DNA of 64,000 nt from Lentimicrobiaceae bacterium (lineage in GTDB: Bacteria; Bacteroidota; Bacteroidia; Bacteroidales; UBA4417). A model generated the notes under the pieces. The model made no database searches. It had not been told where the DNA came from and saw only the letters and a program-made list of their open reading frames with translations. The position numbers and the translations under genes were made by a program. Shown in pieces: positions 1 through 8,550 of this stretch. Location of the stretch: NCBI GenBank assembly GCA_041753535.1, contig JBGSUB010000067.1:138017-202016 (forward strand), read 5' to 3'. Numbering within the stretch: the first letter of the stretch is position 1; the number at the start of each line of letters is the position of its first letter.

Positions 1-187
1 AGGTAGTAAAGAGTTAATTGCAAACTTCATTTAATTATTGTTGGCATTTTATTTTTATTCTCCAACTTTTACACAGTTATTTTACATTTCATCCGTTATC
101 TTCGACAATTCAGTAACTCTTATTTTGAAAGTGACCACACGCAACCCAATTTTGCAGCGTGAAATTTATTTAAAAACACTGTAGAAG

Positions 188-2350
188 ATGAAAATATTCG
201 TGGTTATCATTTTTGTGTTTTCCGGCTGGATGGAGATATATTGCCAGACAATCATTTCGGGGAAAGTAGTGTGTAATGAAGGCGCACTCCCCGGAGCCAA
301 TGTTTATATTGACGGGAGCTATGACGGAGCTTCGACCAACTCAAACGGCGAATTCAGTTTTGTGACTTCCCGAAAAGGTAAAGTTATACTCAAGGCTGAA
401 TTTATGGGTTATGAGCCATTTGCAAAAGAATTGGAACTTACTACATCTAATTTGAGACTGGATATCAAGCTTGTAGAAGCATTTAATAAACTAGATGCAG
501 TTACAATTACTGCCGGTACTTTCGAAGCCGGGGACAAAAAACAGGCTGTGATTTTAAGTTCGCTCGATATGGTTACTACTGCCGGTGCCGTGGGTGATGT
601 ATATGGGGCTTTGCAGAGTTTGCCGGGAACAACTACCAACGGAGAATCGGGGAAACTTTTCGTGAAAGGCGGCGACAGCGACGAATCACAGACGTTTATT
701 GATGGTTCGCTGGTATATGCGCCTTACAACTCCTCAGCTCCTAATATGTCAACGCGTGGTCGGTTTAACCCTTTCATGTTTAAAGGAACCATTTTCAGCA
801 CCGGCGGTTACTCGGCTGAATACGGTCAGGCTCTTTCCTCAGTTTTGCTGCTTAGTACCAATGATATGCCAGCTCAGGACCAGCTCGATATTTCAATATT
901 GTCAGTGGGGGCCGAACTGGCAGGGACAAAACTTTGGAAGTCTGGTGCTGTAACGGCAACAGTTTCATACAATAATCTTGAACCCTATATGCGTATTGCC
1001 CCGCAGAATTATAGCTGGATTCATTCGCCCGAATACGGATCAGGAGCTTTAAGCATCAGGCAAAAGACCGGAAAAACAGGGATGTTAAAAATCTATGGTA
1101 GTTTCGGCGGTTCAAAATATATTCTTTCTGTCGAGGATCTGAATTCGGAGAACAGGTACATTGATTACAACCTGCAAAACAGCAATAGTTTTATCAATGC
1201 TTCCTGGCGAAGCAGTCTTGGAACTAGATGGTCGGTAGCTATTGCGGCATCGTACACCAACAATTCGGACGATGTGAAATTTGAGAGCAGCGCATTTGAA
1301 AAGCAACTTGTTGGAACTCATCTGAAAAGTGTATTTTCCAATCAGGTTACTGAAAAGGTTACGCTAAAGTTTGGCGGAGAGCTCTTTGCAAAAGACTACA
1401 GCGAAGATTTTTATTCCGTAGCTGATACTTTTTTAAATTCATACCATAACACTTTAGTTTCCGGATTTGCTGAGGCCGAATTGTACGCTTCAAAGAAATT
1501 GGTTTTCCGTTTGGGAAGCCGTTTCGAGTACGGCGATTACCTTGATCGGGCTACTGTATCACCACGTATTTCGGCAGCATATAAAATTAACAGTTTCAGC
1601 CAGTTTTCAGCAGCTTACGGATGGTTTTTCCAGGATCCTTCGGACGAATACCTTTTGTACACCAATGGATTGGAATATGAGAGAGCCGATCATTATACTT
1701 TCAGCTACCAGTTATCGGAAAACAACCGCACGTTCAGGGCCGAAATTTATTACAAGGACTACAAAAACCTGGTGAAACTGAACGGGGCTGCTTTTTATCT
1801 GCCCGAAAACTATTCCAACGCTGGCAATGGCTACGCCAAAGGGATGGATATTTTCTGGCGCGATAAGAAAACCATTAAATATGGCGATTACTGGATTTCC
1901 TATTCGTACCTCGATACAAAAAGGAATTACAAAGACTTCCCGCTTGAAGCAATTCCCTCTTTTACAAGCAAACATAATTTTGCTGTTGTTTATAAACATT
2001 GGTTTGGCGGTTTGCGTTCGTTGGCAGGTGTGAATTTAAAATATTCGTCTCCGAGAGTTTATAATAATCCGAATTCAACAGTTTTTAATGGTGAAAAAAT
2101 GTTGCCTTACCGAAGCCTCGATGTGAGCTGGAGCTTCCTTTACAGGCAGAATGTAATTTTTTACGCAGCCGTTACCAATGTGTTGGGATTCAAGCAGGAA
2201 TATGGTAATAACTATGCAACTATACCTGATGAGAACGGGGTGTACCGTTCGGCACCTATTGTTGCAGGATCGGACAGGTTTTTTGTGGTAGCATGTTTTA
2301 TTACGCTGACCAAAAGAGGAGAGGAGAATCAGCTGGATAAGATCGAGTGA
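188..2350 (+). CDS. TonB-dependent outer-membrane receptor (CarboxypepD_reg-like domain + plug + barrel), no SusD partner
   Basis: 720-aa ORF with ATG start. Signal peptide MKIFVVIIFVFSGWMEIYCQ. Carboxypeptidase-regulatory-like segment ISGKVV..GANVYIDGSYDGASTNSNGEFSF. Plug-like LDAVTITAG and DMVTTAGAVGD..LQSLPG. Long beta-strand-rich C-terminal part. Confidence 0.85.
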   Translation: MKIFVVIIFVFSGWMEIYCQTIISGKVVCNEGALPGANVYIDGSYDGASTNSNGEFSFVTSRKGKVILKAEFMGYEPFAKELELTTSNLRLDIKLVEAFNKLDAVTITAGTFEAGDKKQAVILSSLDMVTTAGAVGDVYGALQSLPGTTTNGESGKLFVKGGDSDESQTFIDGSLVYAPYNSSAPNMSTRGRFNPFMFKGTIFSTGGYSAEYGQALSSVLLLSTNDMPAQDQLDISILSVGAELAGTKLWKSGAVTATVSYNNLEPYMRIAPQNYSWIHSPEYGSGALSIRQKTGKTGMLKIYGSFGGSKYILSVEDLNSENRYIDYNLQNSNSFINASWRSSLGTRWSVAIAASYTNNSDDVKFESSAFEKQLVGTHLKSVFSNQVTEKVTLKFGGELFAKDYSEDFYSVADTFLNSYHNTLVSGFAEAELYASKKLVFRLGSRFEYGDYLDRATVSPRISAAYKINSFSQFSAAYGWFFQDPSDEYLLYTNGLEYERADHYTFSYQLSENNRTFRAEIYYKDYKNLVKLNGAAFYLPENYSNAGNGYAKGMDIFWRDKKTIKYGDYWISYSYLDTKRNYKDFPLEAIPSFTSKHNFAVVYKHWFGGLRSLAGVNLKYSSPRVYNNPNSTVFNGEKMLPYRSLDVSWSFLYRQNVIFYAAVTNVLGFKQEYGNNYATIPDENGVYRSAPIVAGSDRFFVVACFITLTKRGEENQLDKIE

Positions 2351-2355
2351 GGCTA

Positions 2356-2647
2356 CAAATGCCAAATGCCAAATTCCAAGATCCAAATCCCAAATTCCAA
2401 AATCATAAACCCTTAGTGAAACTTTGTGCTCTTAGTGCCTTAGTAGTTAAAAAAAATCAAAAATCACAAAACACAAAATTCCAAAAACCAAAAACCAAAT
2501 TCCAAGTCCTTAGTGAAACTTAGTGCTCTAAGTGCCTTAGTGGTTTAAAAAAATCACAATTCACAATTCACAATTCAAAAATCAAAAATCACAAATTCCA
2601 AAATCCAAAACCCCAAAAATTAATTAATCTCTAAAAACCAAAACATC
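2356..2647 (+). repeat. Composite C/A-rich word-repeat element; contains two 38-nt near-identical copies (2411-2448, 2508-2545)
   Basis: Blocks of CCAAAT/TCCAAA words, then ccttagtgaaacttTgtgctctTagtgccttagtAgtt versus ccttagtgaaacttAgtgctctAagtgccttagtGgtt (35/38 identical, 97 nt apart), then AAAATCA/CACAA words. By my reading there is no G from about 2544 to the ATG at 2648. Confidence 0.8.
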
Positions 2648-3298
2648 ATGAAAAAGACCATTTTAACCACCGCAGTTATTTTACTGGCTATGATCAGCCA
2701 GGCTGGAAACCCCGAATTTATGAAAGCAATGGGTGAAACCCTGGGGCAATATCAGTATTGTAAAAATGTTGATGACTTCCAATCGCTTGCCAATAAATTC
2801 GAAAGAATATCGAATGCCGAAAAAGGGGAGTGGCTGCCACTCTATTATCATGCACATTGTTACATTATCATGAGTTTTATGGAACCAACGGATGCAAAAA
2901 AGAAAGATGAATACCTTGATGCTGCCGAAAAATCAATCGAGAAAATAATTATTATGGCTCCAGGTGAAGCTGAAGTGTTTGCTCTGCAAGGATTTTTATA
3001 TACAGGCCGGCTTGTAGTAAATCCGATGGAACGCGGACAGAAATACAGCATGCTTTCCGGACAGGCATTGGGAAAGGCGCTTGTCATGGAGCCTGGAAAT
3101 CCAAGAGCGAGTATTCTTAAATTACAAAACGAAATGGGTACCGCTCAGTTTTATGGCAACGATCCGGCAGAATATTGCAGCCAGGCGTTTGAATTGCTGG
3201 CAAGTTGGGATAACTACAAACCAAAATCACCCATTTATCCCGCATGGGGAAAGGACCAGGTGGAAGGAGTTGTAGAAAGATGCAAAGCCGGGAAGTAA
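2648..3298 (+). CDS. Secreted helical (TPR-like?) protein of unknown function
   Basis: 216-aa ORF. Signal peptide MKKTILTTAVILLAMISQAG. Alpha-helical composition with no motif I recognise. Followed by a hairpin at 3310-3343. Confidence 0.7.
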   Translation: MKKTILTTAVILLAMISQAGNPEFMKAMGETLGQYQYCKNVDDFQSLANKFERISNAEKGEWLPLYYHAHCYIIMSFMEPTDAKKKDEYLDAAEKSIEKIIIMAPGEAEVFALQGFLYTGRLVVNPMERGQKYSMLSGQALGKALVMEPGNPRASILKLQNEMGTAQFYGNDPAEYCSQAFELLASWDNYKPKSPIYPAWGKDQVEGVVERCKAGK

Positions 3299-3309
3299 AG
3301 GTAAGCTCA

Positions 3310-3343
3310 AAGGGCAAGAGCCTTTTGTACGGCTCCTGCCCTT
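3310..3343 (+). terminator. Putative intrinsic terminator after the 2648-3298 gene
   Basis: aagggcaagagcc / ggctcctgccctt form a 13-bp stem with 1 mismatch and an 8-nt loop (ttttgtac). The downstream U-tract is weak (aaccttt). Confidence 0.45.
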
Positions 3344-3410
3344 AACCTTTAAGTATAAATAATGGCAGATGCATTGCTCAAATAGTTAATTTTAACCCAA
3401 ATAAACAGAT

Positions 3411-4454
3411 ATGAAATATATAACGGAATTGATTAAACCGTTCAGCATTGTGCAATACATCCTTATCAATCTGGGTGCCAGCCTGCTTATAGTTGCAATT
3501 TTCATGAACCAATATATTCACAGTATCCAGGGGTTTCTTTATAGCACATTGTGGGCATTTAGTATTTTTATTACTCAGTGGTCAGGTGCTGTACTTGTTA
3601 ATCATCTGATAGATCGTAAGATAAAATGGGTAGAAAAACCAGTCCTGCGGTCAATAACCGGGATAGTATTTCTGGTAATTTATTCGTTGGTAGCTTATAC
3701 ATTGGTTAATACCCTGATGTATTATATCAAATATGGTACTGTAATTTCAGGCGGATGGTTTGCTATTGCCAGGTCAGGAATTTTTACTTTAATAATATCA
3801 TTTAATATTTCGCTTGTTTTTACGGCAATAGGTTTTTTCAGAGCCTGGAAAAAGTCGATTGAAAGAGAAGAAAAGTTAAAAGTTGAAATGATGTCGTACA
3901 AATACGAATCACTTCGAAACCAGATCAATCCTCACTTCCTTTTCAACAGTTTTAATGTACTCAGCGACCTGGTGTATGCCGATCAGGCAATGGCCGTAAA
4001 ATTTATTAACCAGCTCAGCGAACTGTTCAGGTATGTGCTCGATAGCCGTGATAAAGAGTTGGTCCCCTTGGCGGATGAACTGGCATTTATGAACTCCTAT
4101 ATTTACCTGCTGAAAACCAGGTTTGAGAATAAACTTGAACTCATTGTCGATTTAAAAGCTGAACCTGATGACCTTATTGTGCCAATGACTCTGCAAATGT
4201 TGGTTGAAAATGCCGTGAAACATAATGAAGTTTCGGAAGCTTTTCCCCTGCAAATCCGAATTCGTCGCAATGGTTCGTTTCTTGAAGTAGAGAATTCGTT
4301 AAGAGTAAAGCTGGTAGGGGAGGATTCGAAAAATACAGGCTTGAGGAATATTATTCAGCAATTCAGTTATTTTACTGATAAACAGGTGGACGTGAAGGAT
4401 ATTGATGGCAAGTTTCTTGTTAGTATTCCCATATTAAAAGATTCAGAGAAATGA
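3411..4454 (+). CDS. Membrane sensor histidine kinase, LytS/YehU (His_kinase PF06580) type
   Basis: 347 aa. Multi-pass hydrophobic N-terminus. Diagnostic NPHFLFNSFNVL motif and an HATPase-like region LQMLVENAVKHN. The 4-bp ATGA overlap with the downstream regulator suggests an operon. Confidence 0.88.
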   Translation: MKYITELIKPFSIVQYILINLGASLLIVAIFMNQYIHSIQGFLYSTLWAFSIFITQWSGAVLVNHLIDRKIKWVEKPVLRSITGIVFLVIYSLVAYTLVNTLMYYIKYGTVISGGWFAIARSGIFTLIISFNISLVFTAIGFFRAWKKSIEREEKLKVEMMSYKYESLRNQINPHFLFNSFNVLSDLVYADQAMAVKFINQLSELFRYVLDSRDKELVPLADELAFMNSYIYLLKTRFENKLELIVDLKAEPDDLIVPMTLQMLVENAVKHNEVSEAFPLQIRIRRNGSFLEVENSLRVKLVGEDSKNTGLRNIIQQFSYFTDKQVDVKDIDGKFLVSIPILKDSEK

Positions 4455-5200
4455 AGGTAGTGATCCTCGAAGATGAAACCCGTGCAGCCAGTTACCTGGA
4501 AAGGCTTATCCGGAAAGTTGCGCCTGAAATGACGGTGATTGCTAAATTTGAATCCATACGCGATGCGGTTCCATTCCTGGAATCACATTCAGATATTGCT
4601 TTGATTTTTTCGGATGTTCAGCTAGCTGATGGCTTAAGTTTCGAAATCTTCAGTAAGGTTACTGTAAAATGCCCCATTATATTTACTACTGCCTACGATC
4701 ATTATGCCATCGAAGCTTTTAAAACCAATGGCATTGACTATCTGCTAAAACCTATTGAAGAAGAGCGACTTGTAAAAGCGATTGAAAAATCAAAATTTTT
4801 TTCGCCATCCATTGCGCTTGAGAAATTGTTGATTCTGGGTACTACTGCGGTTTCCAAAACATACAAATCGCGTTTTATGGTGAAAGTTGGAGATAAGATA
4901 AAAAGCATCCCTACCGAAGAGATTCTTGCTTTTTACAGCCTCGAAAAAGCAACTTATATGCACACCACTTCCAACCGCGATTATTGCATTGATTATTCGA
5001 TTGACCAACTCGAAACACTACTCGATTCCGTTTTGTATTTTCGTATCAGCAGAAAATATATCGTTTCCATTCAGGCATGTACAAATATCCTGGCATGGAC
5101 TAACAGTCGGTTACGATTAAAAATTGAAGGAATAGCTGATGATGAAATAATTGTTGCCCGCGAGCGGGTTCAGGAATTTAAGGAGTGGCTCGACAGGTAG
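4451..5200 (+). CDS. LytR/AlgR-family response regulator (REC + LytTR DNA-binding domain)
   Basis: 249 aa. REC domain (KVVILEDE.., FSDVQLADG, DYLLKPI) and C-terminal LytTR-like region (FRISRKYIVS). Confidence 0.88.
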   Translation: MKVVILEDETRAASYLERLIRKVAPEMTVIAKFESIRDAVPFLESHSDIALIFSDVQLADGLSFEIFSKVTVKCPIIFTTAYDHYAIEAFKTNGIDYLLKPIEEERLVKAIEKSKFFSPSIALEKLLILGTTAVSKTYKSRFMVKVGDKIKSIPTEEILAFYSLEKATYMHTTSNRDYCIDYSIDQLETLLDSVLYFRISRKYIVSIQACTNILAWTNSRLRLKIEGIADDEIIVARERVQEFKEWLDR

Positions 5201-5262
5201 TTCCTTTAATCGTTGTACGACTTTTCAAGCCATGATTTCAATTTGGCTGGCCCCCAAATTAT

Positions 5263-6012
5263 TTAAAACTCAATTTTCCCTCTGAAAGCCACCGTTTTAT
5301 GAAACTGGTTTGTTCCCTCAAAGTTAAATACTGAGCCAGTTTCGTTTCCTCGCAGTATGTTGAGCGAGTCGCCAGGCAATGTTTCCTTCATAAAGTTAAC
5401 CGATAACTTTTTGGGATAATGGCTCTTATGAAAATCGATTGTAAATGTATCCATCATCCAGTCGACATAGCGTGTAGAGGTAACATGCCTGTTCAGATCA
5501 AAATCGAAATATCCTGCATGTACTTCATAAGCATCGCCATCAACGGCAGCAGGAAGACGTTCAGGCGATTCGCTCAAACCATGTTTATCTTTCAGATGAA
5601 CAAACATTTCGGAATGAATGCCATCGATAATTTTTGGTTTCTTGGATTCTGTATCAATAGCAAGCCATCCCGAAGTGGCACGTGCAATAATATTCTGTTC
5701 CATGTCGCGAATAATGTAATCGCGTGTGTAAAGCAATCCTTCAACTGATTTCGGCCAGGTTTCTACTATAGCTTCCTGGTTCCAGGTAATGGGTTGATAA
5801 ATTTCGATAGTTAAACGGCTAAGCACCCAATAAAGTTTTTGCTCCATCAGGTTTTTAAATCCAAAGCCGAGGTTTTCGGCCGAATTGATTGCTGATTGAA
5901 TCAACATATTAACCACAGCACCGAGTCGTATGCGCAGGTACATGTCAGTATCTGCCGAAGTTAGTTTAAATGTAGTATAAATAGTGAGGTTGTTTTCGGT
6001 GAGTTCTTTCAT
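5263..6012 (-). CDS. Acyl-[acyl-carrier-protein] thioesterase
   Basis: Double hot-dog Acyl-ACP_TE pattern (YTTFKLTSADTDMYLRIRLGAVVNMLQ.., second half with DFDLNRHVTSTRYVDWMMD). The track ORF starts at a TTG (6036). I prefer the in-frame ATG at 6012 (MKELTEN..) because 6044-6079 is a terminator hairpin. Confidence 0.8.
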   Translation of the reverse strand: MKELTENNLTIYTTFKLTSADTDMYLRIRLGAVVNMLIQSAINSAENLGFGFKNLMEQKLYWVLSRLTIEIYQPITWNQEAIVETWPKSVEGLLYTRDYIIRDMEQNIIARATSGWLAIDTESKKPKIIDGIHSEMFVHLKDKHGLSESPERLPAAVDGDAYEVHAGYFDFDLNRHVTSTRYVDWMMDTFTIDFHKSHYPKKLSVNFMKETLPGDSLNILRGNETGSVFNFEGTNQFHKTVAFRGKIEF

Positions 6013-6033
6013 AGAGATATCAGGTGTAAACGT

Positions 6034-6041
6034 CAAAAATA
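6034..6041 (-). promoter_or_regulatory. Candidate Bacteroidetes -7 box (TATTTTTG) for the thioesterase gene
   Basis: Plus-strand caaaaata equals minus-strand TATTTTTG, matching TAnnTTTG. It lies 22-29 nt upstream of the ATG at 6012 and coincides with the T-tract of the upstream terminator. Confidence 0.3.
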
Positions 6042-6043
6042 CG

Positions 6044-6079
6044 AAAACGGATGATCCGGATTTTCAGATCATCCGTTTA
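6044..6079 (-). terminator. Intrinsic terminator closing the PUL operon (after GH3)
   Basis: Perfect 12-bp inverted repeat aaacggatgatc / gatcatccgttt with a 10-nt loop. On the minus strand it is followed by ttttcgtattttt. It sits 22 nt downstream of the GH3 stop. Confidence 0.8.
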
Positions 6080-6100
6080 TATTTGTTTTAATCGCATATT

Positions 6101-8389
6101 TTATTTTATCAGTTCAAAACCTGCTTCGAGACCACTTGCCGAATTGGTGCCAACATATACCTTAAAATCACCGGGTTCAGCCTTGAATTTCAACTCTGAA
6201 TTATAAAATGCAAGATCATCAGTTTTAAGAGTAAACGTAAGAGTTTTGCTTTCACCTGCTTTAAGGAATACTTTTTGAAATCCTTTCAGCTCTTTAACAG
6301 GTCGGGTAATACTTCCGACCATATCGTGGATATACAATTGTGCAACTTCAGTTCCATCGTATTTGCCTGTGTTTGTGAGCTTTACAGAAACAGTAATTGT
6401 CCCGTTCGCCGTCATTTTCTGTTTGTCAAGTTTCAGATCGCTATAGTTGAAAGCGGTATAACTTAGTCCATACCCGAAAGGATACAATGGTGCATTTTCC
6501 ACATCAAGGTAGCGACTTTTGTATTTATCGTTTTTGTTACCAACATAGGGCCGGCCTGTATTTTTGTGGTTGTAATAAATTGGAATCTGACCCACGTTAA
6601 CAGGATAAGTCATAGTGAGCTTTCCTGAAGGATTGTATTTCCCAAACAAAACATCTGCAACAGCATTTCCGGCTTCGGTTCCGCCATGCCACGCCTGAAG
6701 TATTGCAGGAACATTGGCAGCTTCGAATTCGAGCGTTAACGGACGACCACTCATGAGGACTAATACTACCGGTTTACCTGTTTTCAGCAGGGTTTTGAGA
6801 AGTTCAAGCTGACGGCCGGGTAATCCGATATCAGTACGGCTGGATGCTTCACCACTCAATTCTGCGGGTTCACCCAATACAGCAACGATGATATCAGCAT
6901 TAGATGCGGTATGATAGGCCTCGGTGATCATCTCATCGTCAGTTCGCGGATCTACATAATCAGCACCACTAATTCTTGATTGAAAAGCTTTGTCGGTAAG
7001 AAGGTTGCAGCCCATTGCATATTGAACTTTTGCGGAAGACCCAAGCAGCCCTTTCATTCCGCTTAGCACACTTATAGCATGAATTAAGTCGCCGGCAGCA
7101 CGCCACGAACCTATTAATTCGCGCTGGTTATCGGCTAAAGGGCCAATCAGAGCTATCTTTTTCGAAGGATCAAGCGGAAGCAGCTGATTGTCGTTTTTTA
7201 AAAGAACTATAGATTGTGCAGTAATATTACGGGCAGCTTTGCGGTTTTCGGGCGTAAGGATTTCATTTTTAGCTCTTTCATCATTAATGTAGCGATAAGG
7301 ATCGTTGAATAAACCCAGTTTATATTTGGCTTCCAATATCCGGCGGCAAGCATCATCAATGGTTTTCAGCGAAACTTTTCCCTCCTTAACCAATTCTTCG
7401 GTGTGTAAAAGGAAACCTTCGCCAACCATATCCATATCAATTCCTGCATTGAGAGCCAGTGCCGAAACTTCTTTCAAATCCTTACCAACGCCGTGTTCAA
7501 TCATTTCATTTATTGCAGTATAATCAGTTACCACGAAACCGCCAAATCCCCATTGTTTCCGCAGCAGATCGGTCATCAGCCATTTATTACCGGTTGCTGG
7601 AATTCCGTCAATTTCGTTGAACGAACTCATAGCACTGCCGGCACCGGCATTAAATGCTGCAAGATAAGGTGGCAGGTATTCGTTGTACATTCTTACCTTA
7701 CTCATATCCACCGTATTGTAATCGCGGCCAGCTTCGCCTGCTCCGTAAAGCGCAAAGTGTTTCACACATGCCATGATTGTATTGTTTTTACTGAGGTCGT
7801 CGCCCTGGTAACCTTTAACCATGGCAGCGGCAACTTTCGAACCCAGGAAGGGATCTTCTCCTGCGCCTTCAGCCACACGTCCCCAGCGTGGATCGCGGGC
7901 AATATCAACCATAGGACTAAAAGTCCAGTTAAGACCTTCGGCGGAAGCTTCCTGTGCAGCAATGCGTGCGCTTTGTTCAATCAGTTCCATATCCCAGGTG
8001 CAGGATAAAGCAAGAGGTATCGGAAAAATTGTTTTATATCCGTGTATCACGTCGAGGCCAAAGATCAGCGGTATTTTAAGGCGGTTTTCTTCGACTGCAA
8101 TCCGCTGAGCTTCGCGTATTCTAGGAATGGAAGTAATATTTAATACTCCGCCAACTTTTGCATCTTTTATTTTCTTCCCTACGTCGGAACTTGTTGATGC
8201 ACCAGTCGTAAAATCGCCCCCGGCAGGCAAATTCAGCTGACCGATTTTCTCATCAAGAGTCATTTTTTTCATCAGGCCGTCGATAAAGGGTTTCATCTTC
8301 GGATCAGCATGAGTGCTGCTAACCTGAGCTTTTACTAATGTTTGGCAGAAAATCAGAAGGCATCCGATTAGGAGAATAGGATATTTCAT
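6101..8389 (-). CDS. bglX: Periplasmic GH3 beta-glucosidase (BglX-like)
   Basis: 762 aa. Signal peptide MKYPILLIGCLLIFCQTLVKAQ. GH3 motifs KHFALYG and nucleophile region GFGGFVVTDY. C-terminal Fn3-like tail. Last gene of the locus. Confidence 0.9.
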   Translation of the reverse strand: MKYPILLIGCLLIFCQTLVKAQVSSTHADPKMKPFIDGLMKKMTLDEKIGQLNLPAGGDFTTGASTSSDVGKKIKDAKVGGVLNITSIPRIREAQRIAVEENRLKIPLIFGLDVIHGYKTIFPIPLALSCTWDMELIEQSARIAAQEASAEGLNWTFSPMVDIARDPRWGRVAEGAGEDPFLGSKVAAAMVKGYQGDDLSKNNTIMACVKHFALYGAGEAGRDYNTVDMSKVRMYNEYLPPYLAAFNAGAGSAMSSFNEIDGIPATGNKWLMTDLLRKQWGFGGFVVTDYTAINEMIEHGVGKDLKEVSALALNAGIDMDMVGEGFLLHTEELVKEGKVSLKTIDDACRRILEAKYKLGLFNDPYRYINDERAKNEILTPENRKAARNITAQSIVLLKNDNQLLPLDPSKKIALIGPLADNQRELIGSWRAAGDLIHAISVLSGMKGLLGSSAKVQYAMGCNLLTDKAFQSRISGADYVDPRTDDEMITEAYHTASNADIIVAVLGEPAELSGEASSRTDIGLPGRQLELLKTLLKTGKPVVLVLMSGRPLTLEFEAANVPAILQAWHGGTEAGNAVADVLFGKYNPSGKLTMTYPVNVGQIPIYYNHKNTGRPYVGNKNDKYKSRYLDVENAPLYPFGYGLSYTAFNYSDLKLDKQKMTANGTITVSVKLTNTGKYDGTEVAQLYIHDMVGSITRPVKELKGFQKVFLKAGESKTLTFTLKTDDLAFYNSELKFKAEPGDFKVYVGTNSASGLEAGFELIK

Positions 8390-8550
8390 CAGGGTTTGTT
8401 TTGGGATTTATTTTTAATGTTCACTAATTTTTAGTTTTTAAACGTTTAGGTAACAAAATTCTGCTTGTATTGAAATCAATCGGATTTAGCTATTGCGACT
8501 TAGTTTCTGAACGGTCTTCATGCAGCTTCAGGCATTACAAACAAAACTAA

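Noticed and set aside
2411-2545. Two 38-nt near-identical repeats ~97 nt apart could suggest a mini CRISPR array.
   Set aside because: There are only two copies. The 'spacer' is itself low-complexity C/A words that also flank the repeats. The repeat is made of internal heptamer words rather than a CRISPR-like palindromic unit. No cas genes are present in the window.
7493-8008. 171-aa plus-strand ORF (plus neighbours 7305-7523 and 7821-8108).
   Set aside because: It is entirely antisense to the well-supported GH3 gene. It has no recognisable motifs and a composition typical of shadow ORFs.
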